This document shows positions 1-13,560 of a stretch of 64,000 nucleotides of DNA, piece by piece (position 1 is the first letter of the stretch; each line of letters starts with the position of its first letter). The DNA comes from Harriotta raleighana (Eukaryota). The stretch spans positions 9,761,372 to 9,825,371 of the forward strand of contig JBNZDD010013721.1 in NCBI GenBank assembly GCA_050575255.1. The letters are read 5' to 3'. Under the pieces are notes generated by a model that did not search any database, had not been told where the DNA came from, and saw only the letters and a program-made list of their open reading frames with translations. The translations under genes and the position numbers were made by a program.

Positions 1-3000
1 CTGAATTGATATTTGGCTCTCGTGTATTTGATTTTCTCTCTGTGGCTCTGCATTGCTTTTTGGCCACTTCAATTGCATCATTTCTGCTCTGTGCAATTGC
101 TGGATATTGATATTGTCAAATAGACCCCATATAATGAATGTAATGAATGATTTTTGTGTTGTGGTGCTTTTCTGAAACCTTGTTTACGCGAACACTGGGG
201 AATGGCTTAGAGTGATGGTTGCATGTGGGTTTTTTTTACCCAAGAACTGGTAGGGGTAAAAAGATTTCCACACAGGACAGTGTAAAGGAAATGTTAACAG
301 AAAATACACGTTCTGACCTTCACCACAGTTTAAACACAATGTCAGCATCAGAGGACTTGGATATTGTAATAGGAAGCAAAGAATTGAACGTTTAATAGAT
401 AAGATGAATGATTACCACTGCTTCTCCCTGCAATAGTCCCAGCCAATCTCCACAGTGATTACTGGATGTTTTCGCTAAAACTCTAATGTAAAAATTCTCT
501 GGAGAAACACCTGGGAGTTAGTGAGTCCTCTAGGGGGAGACCTGTTAAGGTGACAATTAGCAGTGAATGGGTATAAAACATTGTTTAGTATTATTCATGA
601 TGTGGAGGTCGGTTTGCATGATAATAATGCCTGTGTTAGTGCACACACATAAATGCATATAAGTCTGCAACGATATGAAGTACAGGAACTGTTTATTGCA
701 GTTTGTGGAGAGCATTGGCTTCGTGTCAAATGGAAATGGAAATCTGAGTGCAAGGATGCTCATTTAACTTGTATTTAATGTGGTGAGACACGCAAGCCAC
801 CAGTCCCGTTTTCATCTCCAGCATCTAGGAAATGAAGCCACACTTGCCTATCGCAGCTTATGGGCTGTTCCATCCACATGACCATTCTTCTCCATAATGA
901 ACTGCAGACACTGCAGACACAAAAACTATTAATAATACAGGTTACAGCTTTGTAGTTTTATAACGCTAGGCATGTTGTGATTCAGGAACAAGACTGATGT
1001 TCTTACAGGGGAGAAACAACTCCCAACAGTGCTGTAATGTGTTGATGTTGCTCCCTTTTGAACAAGGTTATTTCCAAGATTTCTTTAAATACATTTTGCA
1101 GTTCTTTTATATCCTCTTTTTAATGCTGCACAAATCCAGCGCTGCCATAAGATACATTTTGTATTTGTATCTTAAATCAAACCGGAGTTTGCTATTAATT
1201 TATTGCAGATTAGCAGTTCCCTCAAAAATTAGACTTAAACATTATACCCTAATGTACAGTTCTTCTAAAGACTTACTTTAAATGAATATTGTGAAAGGCA
1301 AGTTTTGTCCCAGAATGTTTTCACTGGTCAATGTAGATTTGTATTCTAGCAGGTATTCGGTTTGTGAGTCACTGGGCTAGGTTTGATATCTTGTTACTAT
1401 TGCATTTTACGCTGACTTCCAATAATGTCAGTGGCAATGCTAATTCCCAAGCTATTTATGTGTTATATGTACTATAAGAGCACAGTGTTGGTGCCTCAGT
1501 GTACATTTAAGGGAAGATATGGCTTTGCACTGGCATAAATGTATCATTTAATGTTTTGTGGATAGTCATTGACATTATTTCTGCATGGAATTTGGAGCAC
1601 AATAATTTGTATTTAAACTGGGACCTCAATTTAAGATTCTGGGCAAGTATTCCTGTACCTGATAAGACCATGGATTGCTGCCTATAGTCTGTGGCGAGGC
1701 AATGAATTTAAAACTTGAATAAACATTTGGAGCAACGATCTTATACCTGGTTGAGTCTTTGTTCCTTTATCACACAAGCTTGGTTAGTCCAGCAGTAACT
1801 TTTCATACAGAGGAGTTCAAAAGGGTAAATTGTGCCTTTTTGCCTTTGTGAACATTCGGATTAAGAAATTTGCAGTCAGTGAATTGTGAATCCCAAAGTT
1901 AGGCAAAGTCCATTTGAACAAGTAGGTGAAATAAATAAGGACTGATTCTACTTCCCCCCCCCACTAAGATTTGTGGTCCTTGAACATGTGATCTTTGAAT
2001 GACAAACTTTATTTGTACATGATTAAGATGTTTCTCATCTGNCAAACTTTATTTGTACGTGATTAAGATGTTTCTCATCTGTACAGCGTAGTGCTTTACA
2101 GATAGTATATCTTGTGCCTCAATGTGCAAGACAAGCTAGAATCGTTAGACGTATGTCAGCACAGTTTGCAAATGGGTTAGGTGATAGATCAAGGAATCAG
2201 TCAGTAACTTGAATGCTGGTCTATTATCTGAGTGAATTTACCTCAAATCTAGTAAGGACTTATCTTATCCACGTTTCCTGCACATGGGAAGAAAAGTGTC
2301 ACCAAGAGCAAGTATTCTTTCGTGGATCATATATGTCTTTGGATTTTAACTGCTAAGTCCTTTCCTCATGATATTGTGAGGAAACGAGTCAGGGAAACAA
2401 TTAAAATAGCATTATGAAACCTCTGAACTTGTTAAAATTGCAATTTTTAGTAAATGAAGTGATTGGGTCCTTCTTGAAATGTTATAAGCTAATTAATGAG
2501 CCATTTCACACTTAAACATTGCCACTTTGTTGAAAGGAGGCAGGTATTTTATCCCAAGATTATAAATCAAACCATATAATGGACTTAAAGAGTAATTACG
2601 ACTTGCTGCAAATTAGGTGTTCGAGACGTAACCTGATTTAAATAACACAAATATAATTGAATTGGTTCATCACTGGATGTCTATAAAAGCTGACAGATGC
2701 TTTCATCTCAAAGCTGAGTTGTTTCAGACACGTAAAGTACTTCATATTCAGAGAATGCCGCCTCATCGTTTTTGGTGGCTATTCCCTCAGGGTTCACTTT
2801 AACAGGAAAGTCTGTTTTAATAGAAAAAGATGAAATGACAAAAAGCAACAATGCAAATCTAAAAGGAACTTTATTTCTTTTTGATTACAACGCTTGCCGT
2901 TTCCCTACTCGCGTTCGAGTTTTGTTTTAGGGAATACAGCCTCGGGTTAAACTGTTATACATCGGATTATAAAGGAGGGAGATGGGTGGGGAGGGAGGAA

Positions 3001-3554
3001 AAAAGAATGAAAAGCAATAATTACTTGGCACTGGAGATGGAGAAATAAGCTACTCTGTTTTTTTGCGCTGTTCTTGTAAATCTAATTACTTCATAAATAT
3101 GGATTGGACCCGAGTTAAGGAAATTGATAATCTGTTCATATTTTTTAAACGGATTCCATTTTTATGCAATTTTGAATAATTGAAAATTGCCTTATAGTTT
3201 CTTCAGGCACTGCGTGCTTAACACAGTAAAGGCTTGTGGGTATGCGATTGCTTTGTATATGCTGGAGGTGTGAGTCTCTCTTGCTCATCAAACTGGGAGA
3301 CGTCATTGCTGGGCAACAGAGTATTTTTGTCACATGCACTGGCTATGTCCTTGAATACCAGAGGTTAGATGTTCTTCATAATCCACCTTGCATACCTTAA
3401 GAGAGATATCCTTTTTATTCCTTGGGAGTAAATGATTTGTTAGTCCTGTTCGTTTGTAACCTCTAGTGCGAGGTAGAGTCCTGATATATGGGCAGTATGA
3501 ATACTCGCTTGGTAATGGTGGAAGTTTGTTCAAACACAAGATCTTTACTGGATC

Positions 3555-3730
3555 CATTCACATTTTCAAGACTGAGGTGGATAGATGTTTGTTAGGTAAG
3601 GGTATCAAGGGATATGGTGCAAAGGCAAATAATTAGAATTGAAGTACAGAACAACCATGATCTAACAGAATGGTAGAATAGATTCGAGGGGCTCAATGGC
3701 CTACCCTGTGTCTTTGTTCCTATGTGTTCC
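3555..3730 (+). mobile_element. CR1/L3 LINE 3' end fragment
   Basis: ttcaagactgaggtggatagatgtttgttaggtaagggtatcaagggatatgg...gaggggctcaatggcctacc...gttcctatg resembles a CR1-clade ORF2 end plus 3'UTR; an antisense relative sits at 24755-24905. Confidence 0.75.
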
Positions 3731-6700
3731 TGTGGTACACGGATTGAAGAGAAGAATGTTTCAGTCAGGTCTGCAATTCACACTCGTGTCCCAGAGATAA
3801 AGAAACAGCTGTTCTTCCTTCATACCCCCAGTTCCCCAGCCCTTCATTGCAAGCCTTGAATTGGTCGGTTGGTTGATCTTGAATTCAGTGTTTGCTGGAA
3901 TGGACAGAGAAGCTTTGTTTTTCGGGTTGATTTTTTTTTGGGAGCAGAGCTTTGTTAATACAGTTGATGCCACAGGTCGCAGTGCAAATGTGGTTAAGAA
4001 CTGAACCTCCGCTTACCCAAAACCTTTATTTAAAAACATGTCATTTTGCTCACTCAAAACATTTATTGATATTTCTTCAACCCCTGTGACTTGCTTGTGA
4101 TCCTCTGATATGATTGTTCTTTGCCTGTTCCTTTTCTGTTCCCGAGTCTGAATTAACCAGACCATTTCTTTTGCGTCTTAGAGAAGGAATAACACAGATC
4201 ACTCAGTCCTCAGCCACTCTTACAGATGATCTGGACATGCAGAACATTACCCACCGACAGATTACAAGATCACCCAACGCCTTTATAATTAACTTGTCTT
4301 CGCCACAATTCACTCAAGTTTACATTCAACTGATAGCACCGTTAACGCACTTAAACTACAGACAGGATCCGCAGTGACCAGCAATATATTATGCTCGGCT
4401 GAGCTGTGCTCTTGCCTGAATAGTAAATATCCAGGTGGATTTATGTCAACACTGGAAAACAGCTGATTCGGTTAGATAAGAAGCTAGATGAGCTGAAACT
4501 GGACAATCCTCTAGTGAAAATCGATTAGATTGGAACTTGTCTGTTTTCTGTCACAACATGATTTGCCTTTCTGTTCTGTTGCACATTATATGGACACCAG
4601 GGGTAGTTTTCCCTCTACCTATTTTGATTGCAAAAATGCTCCCCCACCAAAAAAAAATAGGATAGTTTATCTTTGGGTGGCTTAATACGGAACCACCAAA
4701 GGTCAAGAGTTGAGTATGAAATTAATTCAGGAAGTAGCAATGTTTTATGTCTGGCTTTTGGAATATCACAGAACGTCAATAAATATGGCCTACACAACTG
4801 ACATGCCTGGCTGTCACTCTGTTCCCTTGGTAATTGTGTTTGCTGCTTGTTTCTGCTCTCTGATTGATGGTTTAAGTGTGCTACTGGGTAGTAGTGGCCA
4901 GGCCACCTTTGCTTTCAATAAGACTGGCTTTGCTTCTCGATGAAGTTCGAGATCACCACCTCCTTGGTTTACAAGCAGGAACCAGTAAAGCCAGTTATTG
5001 AAGTAAATTGAGCAAGTTGGAATGAAAGTAGAACAAGGGCCATTTATTGGGCTTTGAGGTTATGGGTCTCTGTGTGAGATAAACAAAGGGGGAAATATAT
5101 TTTGGTGGAAAAACGCACAAAAAAACTGAAAAATTACCAGTCGAGGCAGTAAAGGAGGATGAAAGATGCTAACAGGTGTATTTGGGGGTATTTATCTTTG
5201 CCCACAAAGAAAACCTAAGCATGACAATGAAATGACAAAGGTACACTAATTGGTAAAAAAATTATTGTTGCATTATTCATTGTATCTGGCCCAAGAAAAG
5301 TCTCAGGTTCAATACAACAAAACATTCAAAGTGTTTAAGCATACTTTCAATGCATACTGGTTCTTGTTTGGGTTGTAGGGGGAAACCTTCCATATAATAC
5401 TGGTTGTCAAAATGAATGCCAAGATTTCTCCAGCGCTGACCATTTAAAATGTACAGATGCGAAGAGCTCAGCTCAGTTGCCAGGAATTAAGCCAACTGAC
5501 ACATGTACAAAAGTTAGATTAAGGTATGGTTCTGTGTCACAATGTATGAAACAACACACAGTCTTCTTAAACCTGAAAAGGCATGTTAAAAGTAGCTTTG
5601 TTCTTGTTGGGAAGAGAATCTGGAAAAAAGAACAAGTAATTGTGACTTTGAATGTAGACTTAGGGTTTTTGCTGTACACCAGACATGTCTGTCTCCATAG
5701 TTACTTGCAATAGAAAAGTAGATCCAAAGAGGACTCGGTCTGCAAGGAGGCTAATAAGTAGTATTAAAAATGTCCACCTCACTGTGCCTTCTGATGCAAC
5801 ACTCAGACCTTTTGTGCCTTTATTGCTTATTCCATTTCTCTTCCATTAAGAGCTGTATAGATTTTCTCTGGCTTGATTCAGTTAAGTTTAGAGAAAGGGT
5901 TGCAATTTTCCTTTCTCCTCTTACTATCTGTACTCCCTCCTTCCGATGGATTTTCTTTCATACTATTCACCTCTGAGCTGTCCATCAAGGAGATAAAGTA
6001 ATCTTCTCTCGGACTTTAGAGGAAGGGAGTCCAAAATGCTATTCCATTTAAGTCCTGACAATAAATGTTAACGTCACATCAGTATGTCTTGGGGGCACTA
6101 ACATACTGCAAGGGCAAAAAAAAATGTAATAAAGCCCTTGAGAGCCGACACCATTATCCCATATCCATTATTCTGGTCCATCCATCCTGCCCTATGGATA
6201 TCATCCAACTCACAATTACCCGAGGTTTAATTCAGCTTCTATGTGTTTAGTACCATGGCAGTCCATTGTTTTAATGGGCATTTGTGCAAAACATAACCTG
6301 TTACGAGGGGGTAGTGTAAGGGCTGCAAAATTCTAAGCTGCCTTTTATAAGGGTGCGACAATGAGTGGGCATTGGAAGCCTTCAATGCGTCAATGCTTGT
6401 GATGTAGAATGCCACATTCAGTAATGGTGGACTTCCAAGTCATCAGATTGTCACCGAAGTCATTTCCTACAGGATGCAGCAATAGGTAAATTCAGCGGCT
6501 CGTCCACATGAAGAAACCTCCTACTGTGGTCCATGGGTTACCTGCCTTGTAAGTGAACTCACTTTATCAAGACAAGATCTATTGTTCATTATAGTAGCAG
6601 AGCTGTGACATGTGCGCTTCTATTCATTAAAAAAAATGTTAATTTGTCAGCAAATTAGTGTATACAGTGTCTTAGCACAGTGGCTTCCAAAATTAGTATT

Positions 6701-7417
6701 TAGAGAGTTATAAGTGGAACCATAAGGGATCTACATGGATTGCACTGTCAGTAATGGAGGAATGAAGGATGGCTGGAGTTTTATTCAGTTTTACATTTCT
6801 TTGCGAACGCAGTATGCAGAACGTTCGCTTGAGAGATTCAGCAGTTCTGCAAAGAACTTCTGCAATCTTCCGTGCACCAACTATGGAAGTTTCCATGGTC
6901 TGTGGACGATTCCAAAGCTGTCGATTGAAATAACCGGTCAATTGAATGTAAGCCCGAGTATTGATACTGTTCCTTAAGCCAACCACCTCAGTTTTGTCTG
7001 TGGTACATAATGGTCATCAAATATCATAATAACATTATTGAATTCAATTTAGTGTGTGATATTGTTTTAACCTGGGTGGTATGACACTATAAATAATATG
7101 GCCCTATGTATAGAATGGTCAGGGTTCTGTGTTAAAATCGTTCCAATGCTTAAAGCTTTAAAGCTGTGATACGGCATTTTTGACACTGTTAATTGGAAGC
7201 CAGGCTCACCGGACTCTCACAACTAATTGGACGATTTGAGGTTCAAATAAAATGCACACTTTCACTAGCCATTCAATGACGAGCTCTGTATTTTTAGTTG
7301 GTTAAACTCCAGCAGGATCACCAATGTACACTTTCGTACGTGCGAGCTTTGTTTGTTCTTCTGCCAACTTGTGGCTCCTGCTTTTCACAATTAGGTAAAC
7401 AGGATGTGTGTGTCCCC

Positions 7418-7441
7418 AGAGAGAGAGAGAGAGAGAGAGAG
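7418..7441. repeat. (GA)n microsatellite
   Basis: Directly visible. Confidence 0.95.
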
Positions 7442-7544
7442 TCTGCATTCCGATCCTCGGATTTCCATTCCCAGGTGGCAAATATGGATCTTTGTCTGGC
7501 TTGGATACGCTTCAGCATGTATCAGACATCGAGCTGACCAAAAA

Positions 7545-7680
7545 ATAATTCCCAGATAAAATTGATCATTCACTCGTAGCAGTTGGGACATTGCTGTGTG
7601 CGCATTTGCTACCGCATTCGCTTATAAAAAGTACAGACATTACACTTTGCAGCAAAAATGTGAAGCACTTTGAAACATTG
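7545..7680 (+). mobile_element. Deu-SINE 3' fragment
   Basis: gggacattgctgtgtgcgcatttgctaccgcattcgc...tgtgaagcactttgaaac matches the SINE 3' body seen throughout the window. Confidence 0.7.
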
Positions 7681-7999
7681 CGCACCCCCCCCCCCCCCTC
7701 CAGACTGCTATACTAAATTCTATGATTATCAATTGTTATTTGCATTATTTAAACCACTATACCTATGGCGGTTCCATCAAGCAGCAGCCTTAATATTTTC
7801 CAATTTGTCCTTTTTGTGTGTTTATTGACAAAGTATCTCGTAAATTTTATCGGATAATATCATTGCATTTTCCATCATTGCTGCCAGTAGTAAATTGCAG
7901 CTATTTGCCCCCAAAGAGATTTGAGCCCAGTGTTTTAAATCAAAGAAACATCCTGAAGTCTTTGTGCAATATGAAAACAAGAATCGAATGTTTGATGCA

Positions 8000-8470
8000 T
8001 GCTATCTTGCTATCTACCGCTCGTGAACCCATCTCCTCCATCCTCGTCCGACTGCATTGGCTACCCATCACCCAGAGGATTCAATTCTAGATCCTGGCCC
8101 TCACAATCGAAGCCCTCTATGGTATCTGCGACCTCCTAACCTCCTACCAACATGCCTGCCCTCTATACTCAGCAGGCTCTGGCCTGCTCCATGTCCTCCG
8201 ACCCACCCGCCCCACCATTGGAGGCCAAGCCTTCAGCCACTCTGCCCCAAACCTGTGGAACTCCATCTCGAAGTCCCTCAGCCTCTCCCCCTCCCTCCTT
8301 CAAGTTCCACCTCAAGATGCTCCTCTTCTACAGTGCCATTGGTCACCCCAAATCTCCTCCTTTCCCTCCACCGTTTCCCATTCTCAACCCCAGTTCGAGT
8401 CTGAAACATTGACTATCCAGCACCTTGGTACGTCCTCCTGACGTGAAAGGTGCTATTTTGTTTATTATTA
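8000..8470 (+). mobile_element. L2 LINE, 5'-truncated, ORF2 C-terminus plus 3' tail
   Basis: Translates to ISSILVRLHWLPITQRIQF and GGQAFSHSAPNLWNS, typical L2 C-terminal motifs; ends in acgtcctcctgacgtgaaaggtgcta. Confidence 0.9.
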
Positions 8471-8821
8471 AGTGTAATTTTGTAATTAAGTGTAAACACT
8501 ATTAAGTGTAATTTTGTTTTCGTTGTGCTTCAATTGTTTGATCTGTCAGTGTGTTTAACCATTAGACTGCTGATATTTGTCAGATGTCTGAATATCTATT
8601 GCCTAATGCTCAAATTATAATTTTGCTAATCCATGTAGGACTTCATAAAACCTCACATGAAAGAGACAACATAGTATAAATATTAATCCTTGCATTTGAT
8701 ACAGCGCCTTACATCTCAAGGAGTTTAGTTGTTCGACAACAGTAATATGTAGTTCCTGTGAGTTTGTCAACAAAAGGGTCCAATTTCCATACAGTTAAGT
8801 TGTATAAACAGCCACAGAGTG

Positions 8822-9160
8822 AATAATAATAATAATCCTTGCATTTCATACCCTGCTTTTCAGGTCTTTGAGGTGTCTCAAAGCGCTTCACAGAGTACAC
8901 TGTAAAGTAAATCGACTATAAACTTATGGATGAATCACAGCAGCAAATTGCGCACAGCAGTGTCCCACAAACAGTTATGGATTGAGTGACCTTATAATTA
9001 TTGGGGTTTTTTTTTAGGGATCTGCCAATCAACTAACAACCGGGTTCCTACTTACTCCAAGATAAACAGAGGAGTGTGGAGTAAGGAAACTTTTGCCCTG
9101 CCGGAAATAGAACCCAGGTCTCTAACTTGTGAGTGCTCTAATCACTGAGCTACAGCACTC
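8822..9160 (-). mobile_element. tRNA-derived SINE (family A, long form)
   Basis: Minus strand: A box GTAGCTCAGTGATTAGAGC, B-box-like GGTTCTATTTCC, middle CCTCTGTTTATCTTGGAGTAAGTAGGAACC, Deu-like 3' body, tail AAATGCAAGGA(TTA)n. Confidence 0.9.
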
Positions 9161-9199
9161 TACGAGTCATAATAAAAGGGGGGGTGGGGGGGGGGGGGN

Positions 9200-9583
9200 A
9201 GAGTGAATAATAATAATAATCCTTGCATTTCATACCCTACTTTTCAGGTCTTTGAGGTGTCTCAAAGCGCTTCACAGAGTACACTGTAAAGTAAATCGAC
9301 TATAAACTTATGGATGAATCACAGCAGCAAATTGCGCACAGCAGTGTCCCACAAACAGTTATGGATTGAGTGACCTTATAATTATTGGGGGGTTTTTTTA
9401 GGGATCTGCCAATCAACTAACAACCGGGTTCCTACTTACTCCAAGATAAACAGAGGAGTGTGGAGTAAGGAAACTTTTGCCCTGCCGGAAATAGAACCCA
9501 GGTCTCTAACTTGTGAGTGCTCTAATCACTGAGCTACAGCACTCTACGAGTCATAATAAAAGGGGGGGTGGGGGGGGGGGGGT
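9200..9583. other. Probable assembly false duplication (second haplotype of 8816-9198)
   Basis: Near-identical copy beginning immediately after the single n at 9199. Confidence 0.85.
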
Positions 9584-9739
9584 GGATCCTTTTTTTTTGG
9601 TGTGATATTGTCTTTTGAGCCTAATGGTATAATACTATAAATAATGTGGCCATATATTTGTACCAAGTGTCTTTCGTCCTCCCAATGTGGAAGGCCCTAC
9701 TATGCAAGTGTCATTTTGTTGTGTTTGGTTGTGATAACA

Positions 9740-9868
9740 ACCTGTTTGAGCCCTCCTCTCAGCAGACTCCCGCCTGCTCCATGTCTCCAGCCCGGCACAC
9801 CCTACCATCGGTGGTCGAGCCTTCAGCCTCTCTGCCCCCACTTTCTGGAGCTTCACCCCACCTTCCTT
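9740..9868 (+). mobile_element. L2 LINE ORF2 C-terminal fragment
   Basis: LLHVSSPAHPTIGGRAFSLSAPTFWSF; homologous to part of 8000-8470. Confidence 0.85.
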
Positions 9869-12589
9869 TGAGGCGCGTTACAAATGGAATACCGTATTGT
9901 ATTGCAATGTCTCCACTGTTTAAAGCAACAATATGGCATTTTTGACATTGCTTGTTCCAAGATTCCTGGAAATAATTGGATGATGTCATGTTCAGATAGA
10001 TGCACTATGCTTTTTTTTGCAGTCATGACATCTGTGTAGCTGGGATATTGCTAAGCACTACATGTTTATTTCTGTTTCCGAGCTTTTCTATGTTATTTTG
10101 CTCGTAACACAGCAAAACTCTAGAGCAAACACTTATGTTTGGATACGATACAATATCTGGAAATTAAACCAGTTGACTAATTAACACAATCCTGTTTGAA
10201 TAGGTTGTGCTCTTGAATTGCGCAAATAGTAACATGATCGGTATTTTTTTTTCCACAAATTTATCTTGTTTCCAGCTGCTCGATGACAATTTATAGATAT
10301 TTGAGGATTATTAGCGAATCCTTCTTCGAGGCGCTCAGGAGGGATTTGCTGACAACATCTAAGCAATCTTTCATGTTGGACCATTTTAAAGACGCTCTCG
10401 CTATACCTGACAGATCTCTAAAGCCGGTGTGGAGCGTTGAGAAATGGGATCTGTGCATGCATTATGTTAGCTCTGACATCTGTCAAGGTATAGTGAGCAT
10501 GCATTTTTAAAATAAATGTGGTATGACTGCACTATCAATTCTTAGATTCAAATGGTGCAGTTGAAGGGCATCCCAGCATGTTGTCGTCCAGACATCAAGC
10601 ACCACAGACGTTCAGCATCCAGGTTATGCCTTGAATCCTCTGCATGCTGGGGCTCCAATCTCAGCCGTGATACTGTTGGTTGTATCAATCCAATGGTGTC
10701 CTTCCAATGTTCTGTTAATGGCCCTGATTTATTTTAGTCCGTCTGATCAAAGTTCCTCCAGCCCCTGATCTCTCTTCTCTAACTGTGGTTTTGCTTTAAT
10801 GACCCTCCCTCCGGCCCCGATTGTACAGGTGTTTGAAGCTTTGTAACAAAGCATCCAAAGCCTCATAGCAGAAAGCACAGGATTCATCACATTCCAGCGG
10901 CTTTACTGTATTTAAGTGGAAGCTTATCGCAGTGCATTCGACACCGAATAAACTGTAGCCATTAATCAAAAGGAAAATGTGTATTAATTCAGTCAGTGAT
11001 GTAAGATTTATGTATGCAAATTGAACGTGGGCATAAAAATTTCTGTTCAGGAAAACAGCTGTTACTGGTTTAATCGTTTTCCGAGCGAAATCTTCGAGAC
11101 CTGATCAGTTCTTTGTGAAACTGCAGCTTGATTTGAAGCCCGGCTACCGCACCTGTCACAGGTCAATACCGGTGTCGTTTGTACAGGAGCCAAAAGTAAT
11201 TTACAACCATTATGAATAAAAAAAACATAATTTTGTTTGACTTCTCCCTTTGAGTGCAATCCGTCCATTGAGGCGCATTTCTTTTGAGTAATGAAATGGT
11301 TTGAAATGGAATATTTCTCATCCTAATTCTGCAGTGAACTGCTTGCCTCTGATGGTCTCACTGTGAACAAAAGTCGATGACGGTGTTGCTGGAAAAGTTA
11401 CTTATTTAAATCTTGCTCGCGGCTTTTTAGCCTTTTATTTTTGCCTCCACTGGTGGTTACAGAGGTGTTGAGGGAAGGGCAGTAATTATGGCTTTACTCG
11501 TACAAATACGCAAAATAGGCTTCATTTTGATAAACCTATTCAGTTCAATGTTGCTAACTCGTGTCATTGAATTTTTTGCTGTGACTATAAAGCAGCTTGG
11601 GAATTGATTTTTTTTCACTTCCACAGTTATAGAAATAAACAACTGTTAAGCATTCATTTATTCCAAGCTCTTTCATGCTTTCAACCCTGCTTGTAATGCC
11701 AGTTATCAAATGTCCAATATCCCATCAATGAACATGGAAAGAGTAATACAGTATGTGCACTCTGCTTCACAATACAAATTCCGTAATCCTTTTAAATTCA
11801 GAAGGTTTGGAATTTATTTACCTAAATATATAATAAATTATAGGTTATTTTATTTCGGGTTTAAGAAGATCAGCATTTAATCGGCTTAAGCCAGTTACAA
11901 TTTTCTAAATCACTGTCCAATTATTTTAATATTCAATCTTTTTAAACCTCATCAAGAATTTCTGTCCGGGTTTGGAATTGAACTTGATGATGATGGACAG
12001 ACATTCCTCCCGATGTTTCACAGCAGAACGATGCACAGCATGCATCTATCTAGAGCTGCCGGTTCTTATGACTTACAGTGAAATGTATTGTTCCCCTTTA
12101 AAGCACGTTTCCAAATTCATCAACAGCTGCTTTTCAAACGAGATTGGTTTGATTGGAAATGTGAGCATGCTGCTTGCCAAAATGAAACATAGCTTTTAAA
12201 GGAAAAATTGACAACTAAGTAACCCTGAAAAATAGCTTTGCACTTTTCCTTTAGTACCAGTGCTGAACTGCGGATCAGTTTTGTGCTGTTAGCTAATGTC
12301 CAACGAGAAATGGATTGAGACCATCCCAATTTTAGAGCTGAAAGAAGCAAATTGTAAGGTGGCTATCTCCCTTTCTGAGACTGGATTTGATTTCAGGCTC
12401 CAGTAGTAACAGGATGGATGTACTATGTACTATTACTTTTGGGGTTTCTCTGAGGGACTGGTATCTGGCAGAAGAAAAGAGGGATTTTAACTGCCCCTAA
12501 ACCTTTACATTTGTGAATAGTAACTGAGGATTTGGTACATGTTTATGTGTTGTGTTTTTTTTTCTAATTGTGCTTCAAGCAATGTATTT

Positions 12590-13560
12590 CATAGAATCAT
12601 AGAAGGTTACGGCACAGAAGGAGGCCATTCGGCCCATCGAGTCTGTGCTGACTCTCTGACAGAGCAATGTCACTTTTATTAACCCCAATCACCAGCTTTC
12701 TCCCCATAACCCTGCAAACCCGNNNNNNNNNNNNNNNNNNNNNNNNNNNNNNNNNNNNNNNNNNCCTTGGTAGATATCTTAAGACACACCTACCAGCGGA
12801 AACAGCTTTTCCCTATCCAGCCTGTCGAAACCTTTCATGATCTTGAAGACCTCTATCAGGTCCCCGCGTAATCTTCTCTGCTCTAATGGGAAAAGTCCTA
12901 ACTTCTCCAGCCTGTCCTCATAGCTAAGGTTCCCCATTCCTGGAATCATTCTCGTGAATCTCCTCTGCACCCTTTCCAGTGCCTTAATGTCCTTCCTGTA
13001 GTAAGGTGCCCAGAACTGGACGCAGTACTCCAGCTGAGGCCTAACCAGTGTTTTGTATAAATTAAGCATAATTTCCCTACTCTTAAACTCTATGCCCCTA
13101 CTAATAAAGCTCAGTACACCAAATGCCTTTTTTACTGCCTTATCTACCTGCCCTGCTACCTTTAATGATTTGTTTACTTGAACACCCAGATCTCTCTGTG
13201 CATTCACCCCCTTAAGATTGAGCTACCAAGACTATATTGCCTCCTATCATTTTTCCTACCTAAGTGTATGACCTCACACTTATCCACATTGAAATCCATC
13301 TGCCACATGTCAGCCCATTCCACCATTCTGTGTATGTCTGCTTGCAGTTGGTTAGAGTCCTCCTCACTATTTACTACCCTACCTAACTTTGTATCATCTG
13401 CAAACTTGGAAATAGTGCTCTCTATGCCCAAGTCCAGATCATTAATATATATTAGAAAGAGTAGAGGTCCCAATACCGATCCCTGGGGGACACCGCTGCA
13501 CACCTCCTTCCATTTCGAGAAACACCCATTAACCACCACCCTCTGCTTTCTGTCACTTTG
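12590..13560 (-). mobile_element. CR1/L3 LINE, 5'-truncated: reverse transcriptase C-half, 3'UTR and (ATTCTATG)n tail
   Basis: ORFs 13204-13539 (GVPQGSVLGPLLFLIYINDL, KFADDTKLG) and 12779-13207 (RPQLEYCVQFWAP, LERVQRRFTRMI, RRLRGDLIEVFKIMKG) joined by one frameshift; catagaatcatagaa terminus; N gap at 12723-12764. Confidence 0.97.

Noticed and set aside
4114-4377. 87-aa ORF or possible ancient LINE C-terminal remnant
   Set aside because: Only vague motif resemblance across frames; no splice or homology support
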